Of a stretch of 64,000 nucleotides of DNA, positions 9,945-19,763 are shown in pieces. Source of the DNA: a bacterium (GTDB lineage: Bacteria; Electryoneota; Electryoneia; Electryoneales; Electryoneaceae); contig OY769902.1 of assembly GCA_963669175.1 (NCBI GenBank), positions 1,632,001 through 1,696,000 of the forward strand, read 5' to 3'. A model generated the notes under the pieces. It made no database searches. It saw only the letters and a list, made by a program, of their open reading frames with translations, and was not told the DNA's origin. The position numbers and the translations under genes are program-made. Position 1 is the stretch's first letter; each line of letters begins with the position of its first letter.

Positions 9945-11066
9945 TTACTTCCGCAGGTTCTCAGGGTTCAAGCCGACAAATGACGGGTGGACGAACAGGC
10001 CATCCTTACGGATGAGCTCGCCGTCGATCTCGATCTGGCCGCCGCCGTATTCCGGGGTCTGGATGCAGACCAGGTCCCAGTGGACCGCGCTACGGTTGCC
10101 ATTGTCGGTATCGTCGTAAGCGTTACCCGGGGTGAAGTGGAAGGAGCCGCCGATTTTTTCGTCGAACAGGATCTCGTCCATCGCGAAATTGATTTCCGGG
10201 TTGCATCCCAGGGCGAATTCGCCGACATAACGTGCGCCTTCATCCGTATCGAAGACTTCATTGACACGCTTGGTATCGCTGGCTATGGCTTCCACGATCT
10301 TCCCATTCTCAAAGCGCAGTTTGACGTCTTTGAACGTGAAGCCGTGATAGCTTGACGGCGTGTTATAGCTGATGGTGCCGTTAACCGAATCACGAACCGG
10401 GCAGGAATAGACTTCACCGTCCGGAATATTGCGCTGGCCATCGCACTTCACCGCGCCGATATCCTTGATCGAGAAAGCCAGGTCCGTTCCGGGGCCGGTG
10501 ATATGGACACGGTCCGCTTTACGCAGGAAATCCGCTGCCGGGTCCATCGCGTCGGACATCTTCTTGTAATCCACACCGGCAGTCACCTTGAAATAGTAAT
10601 CTTCAAAGGCTTCGGTTGACATGTTGGACATCTGCGCCATCTGCGGGGTCGGCCAGCGAAGAACAACCCACTTGGTGTTGGGCACACGGATGTTCATATG
10701 AACCGGCTGCATCCATTCGGTGCCATAAAGCTGGTTCTTGTCGCCGGGCACATCGCTCATTTCCTTGGCGTTGTAGTAGCCACGGCAACCGATGTACGCG
10801 TCCATGTTCTTCATGCGATGCATTTCGGCTTCCGCGATCGCATTCAGGCTCTCCCTGGAAGCGCCACGCAGCAGGGTGCGCATCAGACGTTGAAATTTCA
10901 GTTCCAGTACGGGATAACCTTTTGCTTCGTATACGGCTTTGATCAACTGGTCCACGAACTCAATAGGGGTATCGTAACACTCGATCAGAACCTTTTCGCC
11001 CGGCTTCACTTCACAGGAATAGTTGACCAGCAGTTTCGCCAGATCGGCATGACGTGGGTCGTTCAC
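9945..11066 (-). CDS. M29 family aminopeptidase (AmpS/AmpT type)
   Basis: GPGTDL, NIPDGEV, GEFALG, LFDEKIGGSFH, NRSAVHWD; GTG 11066 after GAGGAG. Confidence 0.92.
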   Translation of the reverse strand: MNDPRHADLAKLLVNYSCEVKPGEKVLIECYDTPIEFVDQLIKAVYEAKGYPVLELKFQRLMRTLLRGASRESLNAIAEAEMHRMKNMDAYIGCRGYYNAKEMSDVPGDKNQLYGTEWMQPVHMNIRVPNTKWVVLRWPTPQMAQMSNMSTEAFEDYYFKVTAGVDYKKMSDAMDPAADFLRKADRVHITGPGTDLAFSIKDIGAVKCDGQRNIPDGEVYSCPVRDSVNGTISYNTPSSYHGFTFKDVKLRFENGKIVEAIASDTKRVNEVFDTDEGARYVGEFALGCNPEINFAMDEILFDEKIGGSFHFTPGNAYDDTDNGNRSAVHWDLVCIQTPEYGGGQIEIDGELIRKDGLFVHPSFVGLNPENLRK

Positions 11067-11097
11067 GGTTCTCCTCGCTTGTTGATGAAACAAATAG

Positions 11098-11123
11098 CAA
11101 AGACCCGCTGTTGCGGGTCTTTG
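11098..11123. terminator. Hairpin between the STAS and aminopeptidase genes
   Basis: CAAAGACCCGC-TGTT-GCGGGTCTTTG. Confidence 0.55.
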
Positions 11124-11149
11124 TATATACAAAAAAATGAAAGGTATCG

Positions 11150-11494
11150 CTACTTGTCTTCAAGGTGTTTTTGCGCATCCGCCAACGTCTTGGTGATGGT
11201 GAAGAGATGGTCCAGGCTGGCAACTTTCAGGATTTTCAGCACAGCCTCGGTCGGCTCGGCGAGCACAACCTCGCCCTCCTTGCCAATCGCCTCGCGGCGC
11301 AATTTCAGAAAGGTTCTCAAACCTGAGGATGAAACGAACTCCAGGTCTTTCAGATTGAGAATCAAGTGTTTTGCCTGCGAGGCCGCGTGAGTCATTGCCT
11401 TGTCCATCTCGTCAGCATTTGTCCCGTGAATCCGTCCCTCCAGAGTCACGGTAATGACATCACCCTGCTGTTCGAAGCTAACACGGTTCGGCAT
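11150..11494 (-). CDS. STAS-domain anti-sigma factor antagonist
   Basis: LEGRI, LNLKDLEFVSSSGLR phosphoacceptor motif. Confidence 0.9.
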   Translation of the reverse strand: MPNRVSFEQQGDVITVTLEGRIHGTNADEMDKAMTHAASQAKHLILNLKDLEFVSSSGLRTFLKLRREAIGKEGEVVLAEPTEAVLKILKVASLDHLFTITKTLADAQKHLEDK

Positions 11495-11576
11495 AGTACC
11501 TCCGGTGCCAGTTTAGTACGCCCAGAAAGCCGATCCCAGTTCAGAAATCGAGTACAATCAATATACCATGGAATCC

Positions 11577-13259
11577 CTACTCGTCCAACTTGGAATTCAC
11601 TTTCTCAAGAATCTCTCGTACGCGCTGATCGGCTTCGGCCGTCATCTTCTTTACGCCTTCGCGCATTCTGGCTTTGAATTCTTCATCTTTGATGCCCGGC
11701 AGGTTAATGCGCACGTTTAACGCGGCGCCATGAACCGCCGTATGGGCGCATAACGCTCCCACACCTGCGTCAGAAATGCTGTTCGGGTTGCCACGATCCG
11801 CCACAACATCCAGCAGATCGAATACTGCCAGGGACTTCTCTACCACAGTGTAGGGGATTAATGTCGCGTTCTTGTTTGCCTCGTCCATCGCTCTGGCACG
11901 CGCCTGCTTTTCTTCCTTTGTACCCTTGGGAAGACGCATGGCGTCCATAACGGCGTTGAAGGCGTTGGTGTCGGCATCAATCGCATACAGCAGCTCATCC
12001 TTCAGCTTCTGACCTGCGACGCCAACCTCTTCCATCTCTTCCCAGAGGTAGTAATACTCCGGCTTGCCATAGGTCAGGTTGCTGACCATGGCCGCCAGGG
12101 ACGCTGCCAAGCTTCCGGCCAACGCTGCCACACTACCGCCGCCAGGAGCGGGGGATTCGCTGGCCAGCTCATTGTCAAAACCGGTAATGGTCAGGTCAAC
12201 CAGCTTCGCGCTTTTGTCGTTGGCTGCGATGGTGTATTCAACGATTTTCTTTTCTGGTTCGAATGGCGCTACATCCCGCAGGTTCATGGATTCAATCGCC
12301 ACTCGGATCAGCTCATCGTTGTCCACCGCCGTGCTGCGGTTCTGCTTCTGGAGGAAGTAGCGGCCCGCTTCCAGCATCGGCTGCAACGGAATCAAGCCGA
12401 CAATCTCGCTGCCTGTGACACGAACACCCAATTCTGCGGCCAGATCGCATACCGTGTCAAACACGATATGCGGCGAGGTGACATCCATGTCGGTCAAATT
12501 CATGGTTACCTGGCACTGCTGAATCTGGTCCAGGTACCAGCCACCCGCCTTGCAGTAATCGAACAGGCCGGGAATCATCTTGCGGTTGCCGTTGGGCCAG
12601 TATACGTAGTTGCCATCCTCATCTTCCCAAAGGGTGCCCTTTTCACGGATAGCCTTGGCAAGACGACCAGCAATCTTCGCGTCTTTCGTGTTCAGGTTGA
12701 TATTGTAGGCGATGAGGAATTTACGTGCGCTGATATGAACCGCGCCAAATTTGGGACGGAATTCATGAGGACCGAAATCCGGTTTCCATTCCGGATCCTG
12801 CATTTTCTTAGGCAAGGCTTCATATTCACCCTTGCGAACCACGGCGAGGTTGCGCCATTCTTCTCTGGTAGCGGCGAACTCATAGAGGTATACCGGGACA
12901 TCGAGTTCTTTGCCGACTCGTTCGCCCAAGCGTTTTGCCAGTTCCACACACTCGTCCATGGTCATGTTGGCGACCGGAACGAAGGGGCAGACATCGGTCG
13001 CGCCGGCACGAGGATGCTCACCTTTGTGCTTGCGCATGTCGATCAACCGATGAGACGCTGCAATCAGTTGAAACGCGCCTTCAAGAACCGCTTCCGGATC
13101 ACCGGCCAGGGTAATAACCGTACGGTTGGTATCTGCGCCCGGATCTACGTCCAGTAATTCACATCCATCCACCTGTGCTGCCGCATTGGCACAGGCGTCT
13201 ATAATGGCACGATCTTGTCCTTCGGAAATGTTGGGTACGCACTCGACAATCTTCTTCAT
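11577..13259 (-). CDS. ftcd: Bifunctional glutamate formimidoyltransferase / formimidoyltetrahydrofolate cyclodeaminase
   Basis: VECVPNISEG, HKGEHPRAGATDVCPFVP, GSEIVGL; cyclodeaminase motifs SPAPGGGSVAA and GNPNSISDAGV. Confidence 0.93.
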   Translation of the reverse strand: MKKIVECVPNISEGQDRAIIDACANAAAQVDGCELLDVDPGADTNRTVITLAGDPEAVLEGAFQLIAASHRLIDMRKHKGEHPRAGATDVCPFVPVANMTMDECVELAKRLGERVGKELDVPVYLYEFAATREEWRNLAVVRKGEYEALPKKMQDPEWKPDFGPHEFRPKFGAVHISARKFLIAYNINLNTKDAKIAGRLAKAIREKGTLWEDEDGNYVYWPNGNRKMIPGLFDYCKAGGWYLDQIQQCQVTMNLTDMDVTSPHIVFDTVCDLAAELGVRVTGSEIVGLIPLQPMLEAGRYFLQKQNRSTAVDNDELIRVAIESMNLRDVAPFEPEKKIVEYTIAANDKSAKLVDLTITGFDNELASESPAPGGGSVAALAGSLAASLAAMVSNLTYGKPEYYYLWEEMEEVGVAGQKLKDELLYAIDADTNAFNAVMDAMRLPKGTKEEKQARARAMDEANKNATLIPYTVVEKSLAVFDLLDVVADRGNPNSISDAGVGALCAHTAVHGAALNVRINLPGIKDEEFKARMREGVKKMTAEADQRVREILEKVNSKLDE

Positions 13260-13387
13260 CTCCCCCGGCCTTTCTCTATGGTTGTTCCATGGTATGAACC
13301 ATGCTGTTCAGCAATAATGTATGACAAAAACAATGTTCGAAACGTAGTCTGCAAAATAGGTCTGTGCCTGAAAACGGGCAAGTCACC

Positions 13388-13837
13388 CTACCTGACCTCC
13401 GGTTCGGGAGGTGGCGCTTCGGTTACGGATCGGTAAACAACGGTCGAACCATAGCGGCCTTCTGCGATAAGGTCAAAGGATTGACCATCCACTGCCACCT
13501 CAATCGTATATCGGGCATTCACATTCGAAATGGAAGTCGGACTGCCGCCTTGATCATCAACCATGCCCAGGCGGACAAAATCAAGATCCTGCCATCCGCG
13601 CCGTTGCGCTCCTCCCACTACGCTTGAAGAACGATACCAGCGCTGCGCGGCAGAGATTATACTACGGCAGTCCTGCACGATAGCGTCAATGTTCTCCCGA
13701 TGTCCTTCAGGTTGTAAAAACTGGACATATACTGTAGACACACCCAACACCAGGAATGCCCCCAGAACAATAAGCAGAATACGATCAGACAGTTTTTTGG
13801 GTAATTGTCGCTTCTCGCCTTTTTCCCTGGCGGTCAT
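13388..13837 (-). CDS. Hypothetical protein with one N-terminal TM helix, pilin-like
   Basis: Hydrophobic segment followed by an amphipathic helix (AQRWYR); overlaps the Hpt gene stop. Confidence 0.65.
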   Translation of the reverse strand: MTAREKGEKRQLPKKLSDRILLIVLGAFLVLGVSTVYVQFLQPEGHRENIDAIVQDCRSIISAAQRWYRSSSVVGGAQRRGWQDLDFVRLGMVDDQGGSPTSISNVNARYTIEVAVDGQSFDLIAEGRYGSTVVYRSVTEAPPPEPEVR

Positions 13838-14130
13838 GATTTGCCTCCTGTAAGCGCTTCCTGTGCAATCTGTTTGACCCGTAATACCAATCCCCTGACC
13901 TCGTCAGGCGACAAGGTCTCAATTTCCTTTTCCAGTCTTCGCCCGAGTTCACTGATTTCCGGGAGGCCAAACATACCACCACTACCGGTCAGACGATGCC
14001 CCCATTCCTTTACCAGGGATAGTTCAGGCAGTTCCGGTAGATAAGTTTCGACAGAGTTCAAAATGTCCTGAAGGAACTCAATTTTCAGTTCCAGAATCTC
14101 GTCCACCTGATCCAGTTTGTCATGTTCCAT
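13834..14130 (-). CDS. Hpt (histidine phosphotransfer) domain protein
   Basis: GHRLTGSGGMFGLPEIS motif; ATG 14130 after GAGGG. Confidence 0.8.
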   Translation of the reverse strand: MEHDKLDQVDEILELKIEFLQDILNSVETYLPELPELSLVKEWGHRLTGSGGMFGLPEISELGRRLEKEIETLSPDEVRGLVLRVKQIAQEALTGGKS

Positions 14131-14395
14131 CCACCCTCGCCCCATGTATTTTTGTTGGTGGGACAACAGCAATTCACACAATCTGTAAACTTACAACAAC
14201 AAACTTCCATCCCCAAGCCATATCCCTTCTATCAGGTTGTCCAACTCGTGGAGGAAGACTCCGGTTTACAAACACTCTCGGAGATCGTACTTTCCACTTC
14301 GCTATGTGAGCTCCAAATTAGGAACTCCAAACAGGGTAGCGAGTAGCACAATCGAGCGTGACAGAAGCGCCGTTCGAAGATCATGGAGGTCCAGC

Positions 14396-15430
14396 GTGGA
14401 CGAGAAGCAAGCGTTTGAACTGCTGAAGCAGGTTAAATACCCCGGATTCAGCCGGGATATCGTATCTTTCGGGATTGTAAAAGGGATTCACATTGACGGG
14501 GAAAATGCCACAGTAGACCTGGAGTTTTCCACTTCAAAAGAAGAGATCATTGGTGAAGTAACCGAAAAGGTAGCCAAGATTCTCAGCGACAACGGCATTG
14601 TTGAAGTTGACGTCAATGTCAGCAAGATGGATCCGAAAGCTGAAGAGAAGAAGAAAGAAAAGCCGGACCTGGTACCGGGCGTGAAGCATATCATTGCCGT
14701 GGCTTCGGGCAAGGGTGGTGTAGGCAAGTCCACGATCGCCGCGAACCTGGCCATCGGACTCAGCCGTATCGGCCTGAAGGTCGGGCTGATGGATGCCGAC
14801 ATTTACGGTCCATCCGTGCAGATGCTGCTCGGTCTTAATGATGAGCCGGAACCGGTTGAAGGCGAAAAGAAGATCTACCCGATGGAAGCGTATGGCATCA
14901 AGGCCATGAGCATGGGTGTGCTGATTGACACGGATACCGCGCTTGTCTGGCGTGGCCCGATGGTGTCCAGCGCTGTGGAGCAACTCCTGCGTGATGTCAA
15001 ATGGGGTGAGCTTGACGTGTTGGTTCTGGATATGCCTCCGGGAACCGGCGACATCCAGTTGACCGTAGCCCAGAAGCTGAACCTGTCCGGAGCGGTAATC
15101 GTGACCACCCCGCAGAACCTGGCGCTCCTGGATGCACGCAAAGGCACCTCCATGTTCCAGAAGGTGGAAGTCCCGGTATTGGGGCTCGTGGAGAACATGA
15201 GTTACTTCCTGTGCCCGCACTGCGGTGAACGGACTGACGTATTCTCTACCGGCGGCGCAAAGCAGGAAGCGCTACGCTTGCGTGTACCGTTACTGGGCGA
15301 AGTTCCGCTGGTACCGGAAATCCGTGAAAGCAGCGACTCCGGCAAACCACCGGCAGCCGGTGACGGCGAACTGGCCAACGTCTTCCAGCAAATCGCGGAA
15401 AGAGTCTGGGCGAGTGTGGAAACAAAATAG
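14396..15430 (+). CDS. apbC: Mrp/NBP35 Fe-S cluster carrier ATPase
   Basis: ASGKGGVGKST, DADIYGPS, WRGPM, DMPPGTGD, CPHC; GTG after GGAGG. Confidence 0.93.
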   Translation: MDEKQAFELLKQVKYPGFSRDIVSFGIVKGIHIDGENATVDLEFSTSKEEIIGEVTEKVAKILSDNGIVEVDVNVSKMDPKAEEKKKEKPDLVPGVKHIIAVASGKGGVGKSTIAANLAIGLSRIGLKVGLMDADIYGPSVQMLLGLNDEPEPVEGEKKIYPMEAYGIKAMSMGVLIDTDTALVWRGPMVSSAVEQLLRDVKWGELDVLVLDMPPGTGDIQLTVAQKLNLSGAVIVTTPQNLALLDARKGTSMFQKVEVPVLGLVENMSYFLCPHCGERTDVFSTGGAKQEALRLRVPLLGEVPLVPEIRESSDSGKPPAAGDGELANVFQQIAERVWASVETK

Positions 15431-15499
15431 TCTGAAAGTTCAAAAGTTATAAAGTTGTAGCGAATCGTATTGTATGTAGCGTATTTGTCTTTTTCGGCA

Positions 15500-15740
15500 A
15501 GTATTTACAGGATGTACAGGATATGAAGGATGGTTAGAATGAAATTTACTGAAACTGCATGGTATACGTGATTTTGAAGATAAAACGGGTGAATTCTATT
15601 TATAAGGTATGATGCATGTTTGCGAAGATAGAACGGGTGATATTTTTGATATTGTATGGTATTGATGATTTCGAGGATAATATAGATGATATTTACTGAG
15701 ACTGAATGGTATTGAAGACAAAAAGGAAGAAACTGTACTG
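15500..15740. repeat. Low-complexity purine-rich region with roughly 9-nt periodicity and internal duplications
   Basis: ACAGGATGTACAGGATATGAAGGAT; GAAGATA(A/G)AACGGGTGA twice; ATTTACTGA(A/G)ACTG(C/A)ATGGTAT twice. Confidence 0.5.
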
Positions 15741-15745
15741 AAGTC

Positions 15746-15838
15746 TTAGCCTGCTTCAGCAGGCTCTTCTTAGCACCCGGCTTCAGCCGGGGTGGATAAT
15801 GGAGCAAAGTAGTTGAGCGCGCTTCAGCGTGCTTTCCG
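15746..15838. repeat. Repeat family B, single arm
   Basis: AGCCTGCTTCAGCAGGCT..TTAGCACCCGGCTTCAGCCGGGGTG..AGCGCGCTTCAGCGTGCT; also at 31170, 46722 and 54939. Confidence 0.85.
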
Positions 15839-15992
15839 GCTGTCGATGTGCATTGGCTTCGAGGATGAATCCCGACAGCAAGCAGTCGGGCCAGACAGCT
15901 TGAAACAGTAGTGCCTAAGACGCCGGGTTGGACAAAAGAGGTACAGCAGCAACAAACGATTGCATTACGATAGCAAGAAAGGCAGAACCGAG

Positions 15993-16301
15993 ATGGCAGC
16001 AGTTACCGAAGAACAGATCATGGATGCCCTGCATACCGTGATTGACCCGGAAATTCACATTGATATCGTTGAATTGGGCCTGATTTACAACGTCTCCATC
16101 AACGAAGCCAACGAAGCTCATGTCCTGATGACCGTGACCACGCCGGGATGTCCGCTGGTCAACAAGCTGGCGCAGGATGCGGAGACAGCGGTTATGAATC
16201 TGGAAGGTGTCAAGGACGTCCTGATCGAGGTCACCTTTGAGCCGCCGTGGAATGTGAACATGATGAGTGACTACGCCAAGGAAAAGCTGGGCGTTGGCTG
16301 A
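15993..16301 (+). CDS. sufT: SufT/DUF59 family Fe-S cluster assembly protein
   Basis: VIDPEIHIDIVELGLIY, TVTTPGCP, FEPPW motifs. Confidence 0.85.
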   Translation: MAAVTEEQIMDALHTVIDPEIHIDIVELGLIYNVSINEANEAHVLMTVTTPGCPLVNKLAQDAETAVMNLEGVKDVLIEVTFEPPWNVNMMSDYAKEKLGVG

Positions 16302-16414
16302 TCAGTCATGCGCAACCCATGTTACGGTCGCGCATCCAAAAGTGTAGCGTATCCTGTACCCGGACTTTTGTCCGGGTTTGTTGTAGCAACCATGTTGTCT
16401 ATTCAGAGGTAATC

Positions 16415-16717
16415 ATGTCCGATCCACTGGCTGCCCTGTTGAATCATGATGATGATCCCTACGGCGCGAAGAAAGCACATGCTCTGCTTTCGAAGCTCTA
16501 TGATTCGCACAAGCGTGAGTTCTTTCTCGAATCGGTGGAGAACCTGATGCAGCGTATCGTCACGCTTGAAATGTACCTGGAAGAAGAAAAAGGGATGGAA
16601 ATCTCCGCCGACGAACTGAAAAAATTCCGTGAGGCTCACCTGCCACGAATCCATCAGGAAGTGGAACGTTTCGGGCAGATTCTGTTCGGCTCGGTGGCGC
16701 ATAAAGAGGGCGGATGA
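16415..16717 (+). CDS. Small helical hypothetical protein (possibly DUF2018-like)
   Basis: GAGG RBS; 100-aa charged helical ORF; family resemblance is from recall only. Confidence 0.65.
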   Translation: MSDPLAALLNHDDDPYGAKKAHALLSKLYDSHKREFFLESVENLMQRIVTLEMYLEEEKGMEISADELKKFREAHLPRIHQEVERFGQILFGSVAHKEGG

Positions 16718-16783
16718 TTAAAGTTATAAAGTTTTAAAGTTGAAAAGTTATAAAGTTGGAACGTTCCAAAGCTATTTTTTTAT

Positions 16784-16887
16784 TGGGTTCCCTGCCGGCT
16801 TGAACACTACACACTTGGCCTCGCCGGCTTGTACTCTACGCAATTGGCCCCGCCGGCTTGAAGCACGCCGAAGCGAAGCGAAGGCGG
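16784..16887. repeat. Three degenerate ~30-nt tandem units with GCCGGCTTG core, then a GCCGAAGC..GAAGGCGG hairpin
   Basis: Read directly from the sequence. Confidence 0.5.
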
Positions 16888-17040
16888 CTGCTCGGCGGTG
16901 GTCTATTCTTATTCAAATCAAGAGAAATCAGTCCACTTGTCTGAAATCCCGACTTTGCCTGTCCGCTTCAGATGTGGGATAAAGCTCTGCTTCCATATCA
17001 AGTGCGGCAAAGGTATCACCATCAACACAGGGCGAAATCG

Positions 17041-17436
17041 CTGTCTCATACCCACATCTTCTGAAAGCTGTATCAGTAAAAGAGTTGTGGACATAGCATT
17101 TTTAGAATCCCGGCGGGATTCCCTATTTTAGCATAGTGTACAGGCCGTCTGTTTGGCCTGTACACTATGTCAGGTATTCTAACGAATAATCAACCCTGGA
17201 AGGGTTGCATAATACGCGATTCATATTAGTACGTTCAATAAATACAGGAAATAACGCATTTAATATTCTATACAAACCAATTGGGTGTAAATTATACGTT
17301 ATGCAACCCTTCCAGGGTTGAGATAAGGTTTGATCTTTTTCGTAGGGTAGACGCTAAACAGACAGCGTCAACCCTACGCTAAAATATACCACCCCCTCTG
17401 GGGTGGCAGAAACACGAAGATGTGAGCAAGAGACAG
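17041..17436. mobile_element. MITE family A (IS50/Tn5-like 19-bp ends), copy 1
   Basis: Ends CTGTCTCATACCCACATCT and AGATGTGAGCAAGAGACAG; 10-bp flanking direct repeat GGCGAAATCG. Confidence 0.9.
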
Positions 17437-17690
17437 GGCGAAATCGGGCTACCCATTAGTAGTCTACAGTTTGACAATTCCAAAGTGGTTGCATTTGATT
17501 ATTTTTATCCTGCAAATCCTTCTCCATCCTGTGAATCTTGTGAATTGGGAGATTTCTGACAACTTCGCATTGCCTCCCTTCAACTGCGAAGATCTGATTT
17601 TGTAACTTCTTACTCTTGCTTGGAGAGCGTGAGGTATGTACGTTCCCAGAGGAACGGGGTTACGGCAATGAAAAGCGTTCGCGAGGGGAG

Positions 17691-19763
17691 ATGAAAGTAC
17701 TGTTAACCGGTGGAGGAAGTGGTGGGCATGTGTCGCCCATGCTGGCGGTCGCGGACGCCCTGCGCTCACTGAAGCCTGATCTTCAATTCCTTTACGTTGG
17801 CGTTCCCCAGGGTCTTGAAGCGACTATCCTGCCACGAACCAATATTCCCATTGAATTCGCTCCTTCCATTGGTATGCCCGGTGGGAAACTGTCCCCCGCG
17901 ATGCTACGCTTCCTTTTGACTTTCATGGCCGGTGTGTTCAAAGCCATGCTGATCCTGATGAAGTACAAACCGGATGTGATTGTCGCATCGGGCGGATTCG
18001 CATCTGCGCCATCGGTGTTCGCGGCTGGAGTATGGCGAGCCCTCACTTTCGGAATGTGGAAGCTTCCGGTATACCTGCATGAACAAAACGCGGTTCCGGG
18101 TCGAATGAACCTGGCGGCAGCACGCATTGCCAACAAGATTGGTCTTGCGCATGAAGCCGGGAAACGCTGGTTCCCGGCGGGAAAAGCCGAAACAGTCGGC
18201 TACCCGGTACGCGGTTCGGTGCATGAGGTAACTCGTGAGCAGGCGCGTGAAGAGCTGAACCTGGGTGAAGACGAACGCTATATCGTCGTGTTCGGTGGCA
18301 GCCAGGGCGCACGTACCATCAACCGTTCCGTTGTGGATGCGCTGCCGTTCCTGTCCACACGCAACGACATCCGTATCATCCACGCTTCCGGAACTATCAA
18401 AGGCAGCGAATACGATTCGGCGCGCGATACAGAAGAGCGCTTGAAAGAGCTGGGGCGTGTGCCCGAGTGGTATCAGCGTGTGGATTACCTGCATGATATG
18501 CCGAAACACCTGGCGGCGGCAGACCTGGCGGTGATCCGTGCCGGGGCGGGGGCGTTGCTGGAAGTATGTGCGCTCGGAATTCCTTCTATCGTGATCCCGA
18601 AAGCCAATCTTCCCGGAGACAGCCAGGTAGCCAACGCTCGTCAACTGGCTGCAGTCGGTGCGATTGACCTGGTTTACGAAGAACCCTCCCTGACCGAATC
18701 CGGGCTGATTGAGGAAGTGCCGGGCGAGAAGCTGGCGGAACGAATCCACGCCTTGTTGGACGGCCCCTCACGACGCGGTGAATTGGCTCATTGCGCAAAG
18801 CAGAGTTATGATCCCCAGGCTGCGCTTCGAGTTGCTGTACAGGTTCTCCAATTTGGCGGGGTTGCTGATGTACAGGTCGATGACCTGAAGCCGGTGTTGA
18901 ACGGAAATGGAAAGACCCAGATCACGTATGAAACGCCGACGCAGCTTCGTCGTGGCGTGGAGAAACGGTTGGGCTTCATCTTCGAAAAGGCGTATTCACA
19001 TGGCCGGATTGAAGATGATGAAATAACACGTCTTGAGGATCTTGATTATTTGCGCTATCGTGGGGCGGCGTTGCTGGTGCATGGGGCCTGGCAGGTTCGC
19101 AATGAAGGGATCAAGCTGCTCGGATTGACCCGGCATGAAGATCGTTTGATGTTGTTACTCCATGTTTTGACAGATCGTACCCCAGCGCCCAAACTGCACC
19201 GTTATTTGGGTGGCGACTGGAAATACGTCGGTTTTGAACGCCGGAATGTGCTCTCATCGCTGGCCTTTATTGGTGTGTGGAATACACGGGTTCGTGATGC
19301 GGTGGTTTTGTCGCTGGATGATCCGTATTACGAAGTACGTTCGGCAACCTTGAAGCTGTTGCGTACTCTTCAGCGGGATCGTGTCGGGGTGATGGATCCG
19401 GAAATTCGTCCCATCAAGTTTGACGATGAGATCCCTGCCAAAGTGCGACATCTTTGTCGTGACAACAGCCTTGAAGTACGGGTAGAAGCGTTGCATACCT
19501 TCGGCTGGGTGGGAGCGCCAAACGACGTTCTGGATGTCTGCCTGCCTCTGTTGCAACACCAGAAAGTGCTGGTTCGCGAGGGGGTGCTGAAAGCGTTTCA
19601 CGCCCTGTTGAACCGATATGGCTCCGAACGTGACTGGATTGATCGTCTGCATGGCGAGCTGGATCAGTTCCTGATCACCAGTGTTGCCGTTCATCCGTAT
19701 TTCCCGCTCAAGGAACAATATGCCATGCTCCAGAAACGGCTGCTGCCGGGAGGTGAAGCGTGA
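17691..19763 (+). CDS. murG: MurG-type GT28 glycosyltransferase fused to a C-terminal HEAT-like repeat region
   Basis: GGGSGGH, HEQN, GYPVR, GGSQGA and AADL..RAGA motifs; about 290 extra C-terminal residues with LDD..EVR-type repeats. Confidence 0.82.
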   Translation: MKVLLTGGGSGGHVSPMLAVADALRSLKPDLQFLYVGVPQGLEATILPRTNIPIEFAPSIGMPGGKLSPAMLRFLLTFMAGVFKAMLILMKYKPDVIVASGGFASAPSVFAAGVWRALTFGMWKLPVYLHEQNAVPGRMNLAAARIANKIGLAHEAGKRWFPAGKAETVGYPVRGSVHEVTREQAREELNLGEDERYIVVFGGSQGARTINRSVVDALPFLSTRNDIRIIHASGTIKGSEYDSARDTEERLKELGRVPEWYQRVDYLHDMPKHLAAADLAVIRAGAGALLEVCALGIPSIVIPKANLPGDSQVANARQLAAVGAIDLVYEEPSLTESGLIEEVPGEKLAERIHALLDGPSRRGELAHCAKQSYDPQAALRVAVQVLQFGGVADVQVDDLKPVLNGNGKTQITYETPTQLRRGVEKRLGFIFEKAYSHGRIEDDEITRLEDLDYLRYRGAALLVHGAWQVRNEGIKLLGLTRHEDRLMLLLHVLTDRTPAPKLHRYLGGDWKYVGFERRNVLSSLAFIGVWNTRVRDAVVLSLDDPYYEVRSATLKLLRTLQRDRVGVMDPEIRPIKFDDEIPAKVRHLCRDNSLEVRVEALHTFGWVGAPNDVLDVCLPLLQHQKVLVREGVLKAFHALLNRYGSERDWIDRLHGELDQFLITSVAVHPYFPLKEQYAMLQKRLLPGGEA

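Noticed and set aside
11577-13259. Eukaryote-like bifunctional FTCD as evidence of novel gene transfer
   Set aside because: Fused FTCD is already known in several bacterial groups, and its composition matches the flanking genes.
17041-17059. Nextera/Tn5 adapter contamination
   Set aside because: The ends differ from the exact ME at consistent positions, occur as inverted pairs around a conserved 395-396 bp body, carry target duplications and vary between copies; no adapter tail follows.
16740-17131. Short ORFs in repeat regions (also 9722-9910, 15505-15807, 23469-23666, 25544-25756, 46586-46873, 54278-54711, 55082-55318)
   Set aside because: Their shared peptide snippets simply translate the non-coding repeats; no RBS or coding signature.
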